DNA of 63,988 bases, filler included, from Octopus bimaculoides (GCF_001194135.2; 7 parts of 5 records of this genome joined end to end with filler, not necessarily neighbours in it); one strand, 5' to 3'. Shown: positions 25,731 to 39,620, numbered from the whole stretch's first letter. Numbers and translations: made by a program. Notes: generated from the letters alone by a model not told the origin.

Positions 25731-28700
25731 ATATAGATTATTGTGAAGGAAAAGTGTTGCAAGTGAAATTCTAGACGCTTTGAAAATTTGATTTACTTAG
25801 TATTTTCTATAAGCCTATAACATTCACTGAAATATATGCAATGCCTTCTGTTGAAAATAAAGATAAGGCTTTGCAAAGAAGACAAAATGTCTAATTACAA
25901 TGTTCTTGCTTTTACTAAGGAATTTAGGTAGAGCAAAATATTTTGTGTAATAAGATCCGAGACGTGAGTATAACAAAATGTCTATAATTTTTTTAAGCAT
26001 AGGTATATAAGTGAAGAAGACTGAGAATATATTTGTTCGTACTTTTCTGAAGGTAGTTCATCTCCAGAATTAGGAGTTAACTAGCTACTGTTCTGATCGT
26101 GGGCAATGGATTGACAATAACGGTAGTGGATCGAAGAAAATGTCTTGCAGTGTTTAGTTTTGTTACTTTACATTCTAAAGTTGTCACTAAATGTCGTCGA
26201 TAAAAATAAGTATTCCTCAAGTGCTAGGTGAAAATAGATATAATCGTCTGTACCTTTCCCTAGTGAACCTAGTTTTATGTTAAAAATGGATATTAAGTAT
26301 GCAAGGTGGGAAAAGGTGTAGCATATTGGAGTAGTGTTCTAGGGTCGACTTTTCTACAAAGTAACGAGCACAAAACTCATTGTGTGCGCCAAGTCAACTC
26401 TCGTTGACTTAATTGTAAAATAGATCCAATCTAATCGACATATAACAGGAAGTTCATTAGTTGTGAAGATTAAAACATTGTTCTCTGTGTGTAGCAATTG
26501 AAGAAACAGTCAGAATGCAGCTTTATTCTACGTATTTTTACCCCATAATGTCAAATTACCATATGTCTTGATGACATCTTGATATTAAAATTTCTTGGAG
26601 GGAGTAAAGTGAGTATAAATGTGATAAAACATTTGTATGGAGAGTATTATAGTATACCAGAGTGAAATATTTTTTATGTATCATCTGCCGAATTAATAAT
26701 TATGGAAATAATCGCCGATAGCTAGGTTATTTCACTCACCACTGCTATATTGTTGATTAAAGATTGAATGCATGTTCCTGGGTGTTAACATCAATTGTAC
26801 AGTTGATAGCATTCAGACCAGATCTTCGGTCTAAGACAAGATAACTTTTAATTGTGGTTCAAGAATCCTATGAGCGCTGTTTCATTTCCCCTTTCTAGCA
26901 CAAGTTTCAGAAGACCTGCCTTTGCTCCGTTGACTAAGCCCAAAGTTATTGTAAAGAGTAACTTATACTAAAGGCTGACTTATACTATGAAAATTGCTGA
27001 ATTATACAAACTGTTTCTTTAAGGTAGGTCATATTATTTAGGTTAAGTTTTATTACCTTAAGTCAGTTTGTTTAATTCAAGTCAGGTCAGCTTCTGTATG
27101 CGGTTGGTACTATGCAGTACAATGCAATATGCCTAATAGTCAAGTGCTCGCTCTCTAAACCATTTCCCAGTTCGCTTGAAAAGAAGTTTGTGTGTAGACA
27201 TCCTGTAGGATTAAAAAGTAAAACATGTTGAAGTGAGAAAGAGTACCTTACAAACAGGCGTTCTTATGCTCTTGCAGTCTCTTACATAAAATATTTCCCT
27301 ATCTGATATGAAAATATTTCAACTCATTAAAAGCTATTTGTCAAGCAGGTGTTGTGCATTGAAGAAAAGAATTGTCATCATATTTCTTCCTAGCATTTAA
27401 TCAGATTCTACTTGCGTGTATGTTTTTTGTCGTTTTAAATGCATCAATTTTCTATGTAATATTATTCACCAAATTGGATCTAGATATTTAGAATTTTGTT
27501 TTTCTGAAAAAGGGAGCTATTTGTGAATTCATTTTTATATTAATAAAGAAACATTAATGGATCAATAAGTTATCAATCGTTCTTTTTAAATACTCATATA
27601 CGTATGTTTCGTGACAAACGAAACAAAATAGAAATATGCTATCAAAAATGTAATATGACGACTTGATTTCTCTATCTTTTTTTACGCTTGTATTTTACAC
27701 TTGTTATTGATATATTGGAGTGATATAGGAACAACCACAATCATATTTCTCTTCACATTTGTGGTTTTGTGCCTAAATGTAAATGCATACCTTTCTTTGA
27801 AGCAACACTTCAAAGAAAACTTTACCTCCCCCGTACTTTCCAAAAATATCGCATAAATGTAAATGGCTGCGATTTTAAAATGTGTAAAATCTTTCTACCA
27901 ATTAAATAATAAAGTGAAGGCGAATGCATCCCTAGATGATAAGATCTTAAGTAGATGATAAAAACACCTCGATTCTGTTCAGCGAAAGGCCACTACTTCC
28001 AGACCTTTGGAAGTCTTACTTTGTTTATGTTGTCTATATGCAAAAGTGATGCATATAGACAACATATGCAAGTGATGCATATAGACATATGTATGTATGT
28101 TTGTGTTATTGTCCAATTTTATTTCAAGATTAATTGCCAATCGAGAAAGAGCCGGTTTCTACTCTAGATCCAAGTCTCCTTCATTGGAATTTCAACATCA
28201 ACAACAGGGTATTTTTGTTTGTATGTATATATATATATAGGGTGAGAAGTTAATCCGAGCTTTGGCTTTTCCTTCTTTTCTCTTAACGTACCAAACATCA
28301 AAGTCATTGAAGACTCAAAATCTATTTGTGAATTGTAACATAATTTTCTCTATAATACACGATTTAAACAATTCTTTTGAGAGGTTTTATTGATAGTGTT
28401 GAGTTAGATAAATTCGGTTCCAGTTTATTTTTATTTTTCACTTTAAGACAGGTTCCCAAAACTTTGTGTTTCATGATTAAGTTGCCTGTATCGGAAAAAG
28501 TTTAGACAAGCTTCCCCACGTATTCGAAATGTTACCAATCTATTTAAACAGAGACAATATTAGAAAAGTTTCAATATCTTTGAAAAAAGAACGATACAAA
28601 CTCTCTCCTTCTGGATATGATTTTAAATGCAACACGAGTTCGTAAAATGTGTGTGTGGGGGGTAATATGTGCGTGCTGTGAAGCATGGTACTTAACCAAA

Positions 28701-29052
28701 TATCAAATTCATTCGAAGGTCCACCACACCACTCCTACTTCCAGTGCGGTTCGACGTGGGATATCAAACCAAGGGATAGGCTAACGCACAGAATGCAAGC
28801 CACATAAAAGTGTTAATGAAATACAAAAAACCACTTAGAGTATTTTATGATTAATCAAACATACACGCGTACACATTCTTACACACTCGTAAAATTTCCA
28901 AAGTAGGCAACAATGAAGAGGGAGGGAGAGAAACAAAGGGACAAGTACAAATTATTGTGTGCAATGAAATTCCATCAGCAACCACTCCAATAATTACAAT
29001 GGCATTGATAACAACAACTATAACAATAATAATGCCATCACCTGACAACCAA

Positions 29053-29232
29053 TATTTGTGTGTTTGTCCCCGTAACCTAGCTGTTCAGCCAAAGAGACTG
29101 ATAGAATAAGTACTAGACGTACAACAAATAAATCATGAGATCGATTTCTTTGACTAAAACCCTTTAAGGTGGCGTTCAAACATGGCCGTAGTCAAATGAC
29201 TGAAACGTGTAAAAGAATAAAAGTATAAAAGA
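29053..29232 (+). mobile_element. SINE family A, 3' half
   Basis: Matches 2975-3170. Confidence 0.75.
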
Positions 29233-29521
29233 ATATCTATATATATATATAACTGCTCAAAAATCCTCATCAGATTGAAAGCATGTAAATGTTACTGCAA
29301 GCATGCAGCTTGGTGGATGAAAGTACTTCTGCTCCTCTATTCAAATTATTTTTTCTGGGCACCAATGATACATACACACACACACACACACACACAGAGA
29401 CACACACACACACACANNNNNNNNNNNNNNNNNNNNNNNNNNNNNNNNNNNNNNNNNNNNTTAATTAATTAANNNNNNNNNNNNNNNNNNNNNNNNNNNN
29501 NNNNNNNNNNNNNNNNATATA

Positions 29522-29890
29522 TAGGCGTGGGAGTGGGTGTGTGGTAAGTAACTTGCTTACGAACCACATGGTTCCGGGTTCAGTCCCACTGCGTGGCAAC
29601 TTGGGCATGTGTCTTCTAGCATAGCCTCGAGCCGACCAAAGCCTTGTGAGTGGATTTGGTAGACGGAAACTGAAAGAAGCCCGTCGTATATATGTATTTA
29701 TATATGTATGCGTGTGCATATATTTGTGTGTTTGTGTTTGTACCCCAGCATCACTTGACAACCGATGGTGGTGTGTTTACGTCCCCGTAACTTAGCGGTT
29801 CGGCAAAAAGAACCGATAGCATAAGTACTAGGCTTCCAAAGAATAAGTCCTGGGGTCGATTTGCTCAACTAAAGGCGGTGCTCCAGCATG
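29522..29890 (+). mobile_element. SINE family A, young copy truncated near the 3' end
   Basis: Close match to 2768-3135 with intact A/B-box-like motifs. Confidence 0.9.
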
Positions 29891-30350
29891 GATATATATA
29901 TATGCATAAATAAAAAATCTCTTTATACTCACATATCTTACTCTCACCCTCACCTCTCTATTCCTTCTATCAATTTATCCTGACTGACCACTAGCCAGTA
30001 CACTTTTCCTCCCTTCATTTCTTTATCATCTCTCTCTCCACTTCTTTTCCTCTCTTCCTGTTTTTGATTTGACCTTACAAACACATTCCCTACTTTTAGG
30101 TCACTTTAAATAAATCCTCGATTCAATAACACCGTTTACTAACTAACTCTATGCTTGGAATGACCAATTTTAAATACTACTGGAACTTGCACACAAGGTA
30201 CAGGAAACTTACATGTTTACCATTCTGCTTAAATAATGGAACTGCAGATACAATATCCCTGCATATCTCACGTCTGTTTTCATTCCTCAAATTCACTCTC
30301 TATTTCATATCTTCTCTAGAATAACTATTGCTTAACCATTTTCTCGCACT

Positions 30351-30398
30351 GTTTCCGATGAAGTGATATATAAAATATCCCGGAAACAGCTGTAAGAC
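30351..30398 (+). ncRNA. Minimal type I hammerhead-like motif (one core substitution) in a probable Penelope-like terminal fragment (~29930-30460)
   Basis: GTTT-CCGATGA-A-GTGATAT(ATAAA)ATATCCC-G-GAAA-CAGCTG-TA-AGAC: palindromic stem III, GUA site, and 4-bp helix I with one G-U pair. It is followed by GACTTTCTCT, as in the 18316 motif. Confidence 0.5.
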
Positions 30399-30477
30399 TT
30401 TCTCTTTATAAATGTTCTGAAATCTTTCACAGCCTTGGATTTTTATCTCATTCTGTTAAGTTAAATATATACTCTTT

Positions 30478-30592
30478 ACTCTTTTACTCTTTTACTTGTT
30501 TCAGTCATTTGACTGCGGCCATGCTGGAGCACCGCCTTTAGTCGAGCAAATCGACCCCAGGACTTATTCTTTGTAAGCGTGGTACTTATTCT
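30478..30592 (-). mobile_element. SINE family A 3' end (rest in gap)
   Basis: Nearly identical to 51617-51730. Confidence 0.85.
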
Positions 30593-30999
30593 NNNNNNNN
30601 NNNNNNNNNNNNNNNNNNNNNNNNNNNNNNNNNNNNNNNNNNNNNNNNNNNNNNNNNNNNNNNNNNNNNNNNNNNNNNNNNNNNNNNNNNNNNNNNNNNN
30701 NNNNNNNNNNNNNNNNNNNNNNNNNNNNNNNNNNNNNNNNNNNNNNNNNNNNNNNNNNNNNNNNNNNNNNNNNNNNNNNNNNNNNNNNNNNNNNNNNNNN
30801 NNNNNNNNNNNNNNNNNNNNNNNNNNNNNNNNNNNNNNNNNNNNNNNNNNNNNNNNNNNNNNNNNNNNNNNNNNNNNNNNNNNNNNNNNNNNNNNNNNNN
30901 NNNNNNNNNNNNNNNNNNNNNNNNNNNNNNNNNNNNNNNNNNNNNNNNNNNNNNNNNNNNNNNNNNNNNNNNNNNNNNNNNNNNNNNNNNNNNNNNNNN

Positions 31000-31040
<41 letters not shown>

Positions 31041-31583
31041 TATATATATATACACACACACACATATATATATATATATACATGCACAAGTTCACACACA
31101 CATATACACACACATACATATATATGAGAAGAGGAAGAGATAGAGAGAGGGAGAGGATATATACATACATAAATGTAGTGCTACTACAAATGCGTAAAAT
31201 AAGTAAGCACAAACCAACTTTTCAACACGCACATATACACACGTATTCATATTCACGAACACAAAGCAAAGCGGTTAAACAGGATTTCATGATTTTTAGG
31301 TGAACAAACTGACAATATCTGATATCTATTGATAAATATTGCCGTAAGCATGAACAGTCGTTTTGACTAAAATGGAACAACCATTTATAAAGGACAACAG
31401 CATCCGTTGATGTTATCTACATAAAGATTCTGTGTATCATACTTCGATAACGACTTTTGCTTCATTGAAATCATATACTCTATATTACGTAGCAATAACA
31501 ATATTTATCGTCTGCCACCACTGATAGCACTCAGCTTGCATATGGTTACAAGGGACATTCATGAGCAGGAAAAAGGTTAAATA

Positions 31584-31666
31584 CTATTGAATCTTCTCTA
31601 GTTTATGGTCAATATTTATTTCTGATTCATCGGCTTCAGTGGATTTAGTGTTTCCGTCGACCTCAG
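31584..31666 (-). CDS. Candidate terminal coding exon, acidic: (x)EVDGNTKSTEADESEINIDHKLEKIQ*
   Basis: Minus-strand acceptor TTCTTCGACTTTCTTTGAAATACAG, phase-1 open frame to TAG, and a protein-like acidic composition; no homology recognised. Confidence 0.35.
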
Positions 31667-31844
31667 CTGTATTTCAAAGAAAGTCGAAGAACGTATATAT
31701 ATGAAACCTTTTAAAGATTTAGTTTAATATTCCAATAACACTCATCTTAACTTCTCATCTTAAACGTAAAATGCGTTTCTTCAGGTGATAGCTTTGGGTA
31801 TCTATTCACATACTGACTAGAAGTTCTAACATGTACATGTTTTG

Positions 31845-32420
31845 TCTTGATATAAAAAATGGGTTATAGCAAATAATCTGCTCAATACCACAGGTTTGCT
31901 TGCCTTGATGTAGTACCGGGCAATGACTCCCATAGCCACTGATCTTAATGATTGAAAGTGTTATCACGTATATATTTTGTCTTAGCTACAGCAAATATTC
32001 TTCTCAACACCACAGATTTGCTTGTCAGTTGCTTGATCTTCACAACTTCAGCATATCCTTTAGTGGCTGACTGTATGCTCGTCTCTGATCACGAGTAGAA
32101 GTAGTGGGTGAGCATTATAGCCATGTGCTAAAAGGAATTCTTTGGGGTTTGAATTATTCACCTCCGGAAAGATGAGTGTGACCTTTATTCCAGTATCTTT
32201 TGACCGGACTAGGTGACTTGAACAAAATTCTAATTGGGAACACCCTCAAGGTCATGAGCTGTTTGTTTTGATATGAGAGCACCAAGTCGCGCACATATGG
32301 TTGTGATGCATGTGCCTGGTGTACCCTTATCAGACGGGTAGCCATGATGGGCATAGTGGACTTCAACTATTTGTACTCCAGTGTCACTTTGATGGCATGC
32401 GATGCTCTCTCACTCAATAA
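31845..32420 (+). mobile_element. Non-coding retroposon family C ending in (AAT)n, with internal partial duplications
   Basis: 32180-32420 is homologous to 39350-39605. Both end CTCTCACTCAATAATAAT. Confidence 0.7.
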
Positions 32421-32627
32421 TAATTGATAATAATAATGATAATAATAATGATGATGATGATGAGATGGAAGAGGTGGGGAGGAGGAGGAGATGGAAGAAG
32501 AAGGGAGGCGGAGGAGGTGGAGGAGGCNNNNNNNNNNNNNNNNNNNNNNNNNNNNNNNNNNNNNNNNNNNNTTAATTAATTAANNNNNNNNNNNNNNNNN
32601 NNNNNNNNNNNNNNNNNNNNNNNNNNN

Positions 32628-33034
32628 TCTCTTCACTCCCACTTCTCTTCACCCCTACTCTTTCTCTCTTCTCCCTTATTCTCTCCTCTCTCTTACTCTC
32701 TCTCTCTCTCTTCTCTCGTACTCCCCCCTCTCTCACTCTTACACTCTACACTCTTACTCTCTTACTCTCTCACCTTTACTCTCTCACTCTCTTCTATCTT
32801 TCCCTCTCTCTCACTCTCTCTCACTCTTACTCTCTACATTCTTACTCTCTTACTCTCTCACCCTTACTCTCTCACTCTTCTCTCTTCCCTCTCACTCACT
32901 CTCTTTCTCTTTCCCTCTTTCTCTCCCCCATACCCCTCTTCCCTCTCTCCCACTCTCTTCTCTCTCACTCTCTTCTCTCTCACTCTCTTCTCTCTCACTC
33001 TCTTCTCTCTCACTCTCTTCTCTCTCACTCTCTT
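32628..33034. repeat. CT-rich low-complexity/minisatellite (CTCACTCTCTTCTCT units)
   Basis: Directly visible; it yields the ESEREES repeat ORF. Confidence 0.9.
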
Positions 33035-33964
33035 NNNNNNNNNNNNNNNNNNNNNNNNNNNNNNNNNNNNNNNNNNNNNNNNNNNNNNNNNNNNNNNNNN
33101 NNNNNNNNNNNNNNNNNNNNNNNNNNNNNNNNNNNNNNNNNNNNNNNNNNNNNNNNNNNNNNNNNNNNNNNNNNNNNNNNNNNNNNNNNNNNNNNNNNNN
33201 NNNNNNNNNNNNNNNNNNNNNNNNNNNNNNNNNNNNNNNNNNNNNNNNNNNNNNNNNNNNNNNNNNNNNNNNNNNNNNNNNNNNNNNNNNNNNNNNNNNN
33301 NNNNNNNNNNNNNNNNNNNNNNNNNNNNNNNNNNNNNNNNNNNNNNNNNNNNNNNNNNNNNNNNNNNNNNNNNNNNNNNNNNNNNNNNNNNNNNNNNNNN
33401 NNNNNNNNNNNNNNNNNNNNNNNNNNNNNNNNNNNNNNNNNNNNNNNNNNNNNNNNNNNNNNNNNNNNNNNNNNNNNNNNNNNNNNNNNNNNNNNNNNNN
33501 NNNNNNNNNNNNNNNNNNNNNNNNNNNNNNNNNNNNNNNNNNNNNNNNNNNNNNNNNNNNNNNNNNNNNNNNNNNNNNNNNNNNNNNNNNNNNNNNNNNN
33601 NNNNNNNNNNNNNNNNNNNNNNNNNNNNNNNNNNNNNNNNNNNNNNNNNNNNNNNNNNNNNNNNNNNNNNNNNNNNNNNNNNNNNNNNNNNNNNNNNNNN
33701 NNNNNNNNNNNNNNNNNNNNNNNNNNNNNNNNNNNNNNNNNNNNNNNNNNNNNNNNNNNNNNNNNNNNNNNNNNNNNNNNNNNNNNNNNNNNNNNNNNNN
33801 NNNNNNNNNNNNNNNNNNNNNNNNNNNNNNNNNNNNNNNNNNNNNNNNNNNNNNNNNNNNNNNNNNNNNNNNNNNNNNNNNNNNNNNNNNNNNNNNNNNN
33901 NNNNNNNNNNNNNNNNNNNTATATATATATATATATATATATATATCGCAGGTATAGCTATGTG

Positions 33965-36270
33965 TTATGAAGTATGTATTTAAACTTAGCGAGGAAAAAT
34001 GCGAATTGTTCATGCCAGAAATAAAGTATCTAGAGCAAGTTTTCGATAAAAATTTTGTCGCAGGTGAGATCCTTCAAGATCGGCTGCAAAAAAAAAAAAA
34101 AATTTCCTTTCCTGTAAACTATTGCAACGTTATAAGCGTTCTTAGGGCTCACAAACTATTACCAAACATATATGCGGAATATGCATGTGCTAAGAGCACC
34201 CATAACAACCTATTGAAAAAAGACCTTAAATGGTATTGGTCGGATAGGTACCAAAAAGCGTTCGTAGAAATTATAGCACTTTGATCCAAATTTTAAAATA
34301 GTAGTAGTACCATATCCTAGTGAAAGTGGTATACGAGCGTTAATTTTACAAGCTTACGTTTCACGCTTATGCTTCACGTTCATTGATGGCGGCTGAAAAG
34401 AAACTACAGCCAAATGGAGAAGGAGACATTAGCCATTATTTTTGCAGTGGAAAAATTTCACAAATTCATACACAGAAAGATATTCAGACTGCAGACAGAT
34501 CACCACAGAGTGTTGTCAATTTATGGATCGAAAAGAGTATCCCCATGCATACAGCCAATCGATTGCAGCGCTAGGGACAATCGTGCTAAATTATGACTTT
34601 AAGATGGATTTTCTACCATCGAAAACAAGACATTCGGATGGGCTGTCAAGATTGATACCTAAATGCAATAAACCGTTAGAGGACACAGTAATAGTGACAT
34701 GAAAACCTGAAATCGAAATGCAAAATATACTCTGCAACGTAGTACATGAACTACCTCTCACTGTAGAGGAAATAAAAATTAAAGCAGAGAAGGATGTGTT
34801 TATAATAAAAATGAAAATGATGAATTTTCAAACAAATGCATAAAATTATGTAGTTGAGCTGACAGTTTCGAAATGGTATTCCATATGTGATGGCTTAATT
34901 ATGTACGCTCAGAGGGTATGCTAAAAGAATTCCACATGGGACATCCAGGAATTACGAGAATGAAAGCACTGATGAGGAGCTACATTTACTGGCCGAATAT
35001 AGATTTGGATATTGAAAGATTGGTGAAATTCTCCAGGGGTTTGCCCTGGCAGCAAAAGCACTACCAATAAAAATTCAGCCGTGGTTCAAGACTGGCATAT
35101 CTTCATCCTGATTAGACATAGACTTCGCAGGAGCATCAAAGCGACAGTTACACGAAATAGCCGGAAATGTATAAACGTAGAAATCAAACCTCCAAAGTAA
35201 CAAAGAAATTTCTGGACGAACTTTTTGCGCAATATGGCAGACACTATAGTGTCTGAAGACGAACACAGTTCACGTCGAAGAAGTTTAGAAATTTTTGCAA
35301 AATGCATGCAGTGGAGTATATTACTACTCCGCCATACCATCCGAGATTTAATGGACTAGCGGAACGTTTTGTAGACACGTTTAAGAGGGCGCTGAAAAAT
35401 CTAGGAATGAGCTAGTAGCTGATATTGCATTGACGCAATTCTTAAGTGTCTACTGAATAACACCTAACTCCAACTCCACTTCAGGTATGACGCCGGTTGA
35501 AGTAATGCATGCCAGGAAAGTCAGGTCGGTGTTTGACAAATTACTACCAGAAGAAAAGAAAAAATGGAGAGAAACACCGAAATTAAGATAAAAAAAACTT
35601 CAAAAACAGTGACAATGTGATTTTGAAAGTATAGAGAAATGGAAAGGAAAGTTGAGAAGAAGGTATAATAAGTAACCGTTCAGGAAAAATAACGTACATG
35701 GTAAAAGGTAATACGTGGGAATACAAAATACATTTAAACCAAATGAAAAAAGTTTTAGGGAAGAGAAAATAAGACATGAAGAACCAATGGAATTTCTTTA
35801 TGAGGTTTTTGACATCTCGGTACCTCAAGGAATAGTCGAACCAACGAGTACATCGGCTTGGAAAAGAAAACAAACAGAACTTTTGCAAGCCAAAACGAAA
35901 AAATATTCCAGTCTTTTTCCGGGGAATTGCGTAATAAAGGGGGGAGAGGCGGTAATTAATATATAAGAAATAAAAGAAAAATATTGACTTCTAAGGAAAG
36001 TCAAGCTCAGAAAGGTGAGATGTGGTGAAATCCTGACACCCCTGTGGGATAACGAGTGAACGGTTCTAAACCTTATAAAGACGCATGTGTTCTGACAGTG
36101 CGAGGTACACTGTGGTGTGTGCAGTCGCATTTGTGAAGGAAATCGTAGAAGACGTTGGGAAGAGATACAATTTTGTTACGTGTTTGTTACTGATTTAGGT
36201 TCTGTAATGTTATAACCCTGTTACCGTGTAGTCTATTTCTAAACTCTAGAATATAATATATATATAGAGA
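33965..36270 (+). mobile_element. Ty3/Gypsy LTR retrotransposon remnant: RT end, RNase H, integrase, PPT and 3' LTR
   Basis: KCELFMPEIKYL; EKETLAIIFAVEKFHKFI..QTDH; HMGHPGITRMKALMRSYIYWP; YITTPPYHPRFNGLAERFVDTFKRALK. The RT-RH-IN order is Gypsy-type. PPT AAAGGGGGGAGAG lies at 35936-35948, and the LTR end is approximate. Many frameshifts. Confidence 0.9.
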
Positions 36271-36962
36271 CATATGCACATACACATATAGGTGTACATA
36301 TGTATATTTTAATCAATAAGTAGCTTTTGTTTCAAAATAGTTTAGTAACTTTCAATACTTCAGCTCACGTGCGCATAAACGCGTAAGAATATTACGTATA
36401 CGTAACTATAGATTTTCAAAAAAATTTCATAAATTATAACAGTAATTATAATTATCTGTTAATTGTAAGTCTTTTAATACAACTGGGTAACTGTTAATGA
36501 ATTTCCTAAGACATTAATTACTTTGCTTACATTAATCTATCATAAGTAACAATGCCAATTCCTGTTAAAGTAGTCGTATAATTTAAGGTAAAGGGTACTA
36601 TTATTTTTGTCAATACATTACGCACGCATACACATAGATGTATTAAACAAATATGCATATTCACATATACTAGTAACGGTTTATTATTAAATACGTTCGT
36701 TGCTAAAGTACACATATCTGAGTTTATAGAGCGACAAACAACGCATTGAGTGTAACTCCTTTCTATGAAGTTCTGCTGCTGATGAAATTCCTGATTAATG
36801 ATATTCTATATGGAAATTTATTTATTTATATTAATTCCTCAAATTCAAGTAATTGGGGATGGAAAGAGATTTAGGAGAATGGAATTTGATATTGTACAGA
36901 ATAGACATCAATTCTAATAAATTGATGTCGATGTGATAGTATTTCAATTTAGTTCTTCCTAT

Positions 36963-37016
<54 letters not shown>

Positions 37017-37759
37017 TGTGTATACTTTATTTAAAAGCAGCAGAAATATAACAAAAAGCCGTTACTCAGAGTTTCACGTTCCCGTTCATGTTAGAAATGG
37101 GAGAGAAATGACGATACGATTAAAACTAATATAAATTAAAACATGCATCTATTTCTTTGTTCGTTTCAAATAATGGTCTTAGGTATGCAATTAACAAAAT
37201 AAACAAAACAAATGAATTCAATATAGATTCAACCTATTTTTAAAAAGTCAAAAGTTTACAACAATATATACGCATACTAGACTATCTACAACATACATAT
37301 ATACGTCAAAATACGTAGATGCATACGTACAGACAACATACGTATATAAGCATATATTTGTAAGACATAAATACATGCACGAATACGCATGTATACATAT
37401 ACACATATGTACGCAATCATTCTCGCATACGAAAATTATTCAGTGCTGGAACAGGCAAGTGTATCATAAACTTATGGAGGAGGAAAGTAAGGGATGAGAA
37501 AAGAAACGTATAGATAAAGGATGGTACAAATGTAGAAAGGGAGAAAGTGTGGTTTCCTGAGGAAAGGAAGAAAGAAAGAAAGAAAGCAGGCAAGAAAGAA
37601 GGAAAGATAGAAGGGAAGAAAGAAGTAGAGAAAGAGAGAAAGAAGAAAAGAAATAAAGGAAGTGGAGTGTATATAACAAACGCACACACAATTGGATTAC
37701 ATATATATGTGTATACAAAAATGTATATTAGCATAACGTATACAGATATATAGGGATAT

Positions 37760-39085
37760 AGTCAACTAGCCCCTCTTCATGGGTGATTTGAAACTGTTCG
37801 TGAGCACAGTCCACTGTTTTAGTACTGATATTAGAATAGAATTTGGACACAAGAAGTGCGGAATAATCTACCTAAAAAGAGGCAAGGTATAGCCCCTAGC
37901 AGGGATAAAATTACCGAATAGAAACTTGATTAAATAAATTGAAGAAGAAGGATACAAATACCTTGGTGTACTAGAGTTCAACGAGATAGTTATGGATCAG
38001 GGGAAATCGCATCGATAGTAGAAGAACTAAAGAGCTAAAACTGAAAGACAAGGACGTTGCTGACTAGATATGGGATACTCCACCCCAAAAGTAATAGAGA
38101 CAGACTGTATGTACCAAGAAAACAATGGGTAAGAGCCCAGCATTAGATCAGAAGAAAAGAACCTAGTATGGTATGTAAAAAATGCCACAGAACCACTATT
38201 ATTGGAAGCAAAAAGGTCATGCTTGTGTAGGATGGATAATTGCAAAGATAAAGCACTGTACAAGCACTTGAGAATGAATGAAACTGAAAATGGGTGGGTA
38301 AAGAAAAGAATGCATGGACATCGTGATAGAAATGTTGAAGATAAGAGAAAAAAATTATGGCTATGGATGCCTAAAAGTGATTTAAAGCCGGAAACGGAGG
38401 CTCTAATCTGTGCTGCCCAACTGCAAGCATTAAGAACCGATTACATCAAATACAGAATAGACAACGCATTAGAAAGTGATAAGTGCAGAATTTGTGCACA
38501 AAATTTCTGAAACCGTATGGCATATTAGCAGTCAATGTACGCCACTAGCCCAGAATGAATATAGGAGACGTCAAATAGCAAGGCTTGTCGATTGGGCACT
38601 TGGCAGAAAGTATGTACTTCACAGAGCAAAAAAGTGGTACGAACATAAACCAGAAGGCTTCATCAAAAATGATAATGCAAAGATCCTACGGGATTTTATG
38701 ATTCAGTGCGACTATGAGATAGAGAAAAGGAAACGAGATATATTGTTAATTAAGAAAGAAAGCAAACGATGTTGGATCATAGATATAGCATGCCAAGCTG
38801 ACAAGGTATGCGATAAGGAATAAAGGACAAGTCGATAGATTTGACAGGTTATCCTGGGAGGTTAAGCAGTTGTGTTCGCTGGAAAAGAGGGTAGTAGTAC
38901 TGATAATTGTCGGACCCCTGGGAACAGTGAGTAAAAATCTTGAGAAATACATGGGACAAATAGGGTCTACTTGGAACTGCCCAAATACACCGGATGGTGC
39001 GCAAAACATAAGGTGTGTTACCTTAGTTCACTGATAATGAACAGCTGGCACCGTAGTACATCTCCAGCTTTAGAAGCTGTGAAAA
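37760..39085 (+). mobile_element. R4/Dong-like RLE non-LTR retrotransposon, 5'-truncated and degraded
   Basis: RT end LFMGDLKLF..EFGHKKC..GYKYLGVLE; LHPKSNRDRLYVPRK; CCHC knuckle CRICAQN.ETVWHISSQC; RLE-like RDILLIKKESKRCWIIDIAC. It ends directly in (AAT)n at 39086. Confidence 0.85.
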
Positions 39086-39094
39086 GCCGATTCC

Positions 39095-39126
<32 letters not shown>

Positions 39127-39214
39127 TGATGATGATGATGATGATGATGATAATAATAATAATTTTAATAATAATAATAATAATTACGAGTAGAGGTAGT
39201 GGAGAGCAAAGAAA

Positions 39215-39620
39215 TATTATTCATGGACCTTTTGAGCGAGATAGGCTACTCCAAAATTCTAACCCGAAGAAAATTCTAACCTGATCATGTGTAGAAGTAG
39301 TGGAGATCATAACCGTACTGAGAGAAATTCATTACTGGTTGTTTTATTTCATCATCCTTAAACAAATCTTATTCAGGGACTTTCTAAGCGTGATGGGCTA
39401 ATCAACCTGAAGAAAATTTTGAGCCCCACCTGTGAGGTCATGTGCTGTCTATCTTGATATGAGATCACCATGTCGCGCACATATTGTTGTGATCTATGTA
39501 TCTGGTGTAAACGTATCAGACTGGTAGTCATGATGGGTGTATTTGGTTTCGTATATCTATACCCCAGTGTCACTTTGATGGCATGGCTTGCTCTCACACT
39601 CAATAATAATAATAATAATA
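39215..39620 (+). mobile_element. Non-coding retroposon family C ending in (AAT)n
   Basis: Homologous to 32180-32420; internal duplication of the GGACC/TTT..AAGAAAATT segment. Confidence 0.7.

Noticed and set aside
28145-28195. Minus-strand CCAATGAAGG..GAAACCGG motif
   Set aside because: No convincing stem II or helix I pairing.
36776-36905. CTGATGA..AATTCC/GGAATT..GATA-TTGTACAG hammerhead-like arrangement
   Set aside because: GAAA and the UH site are both altered and helix I is weak; at best a dead relic.
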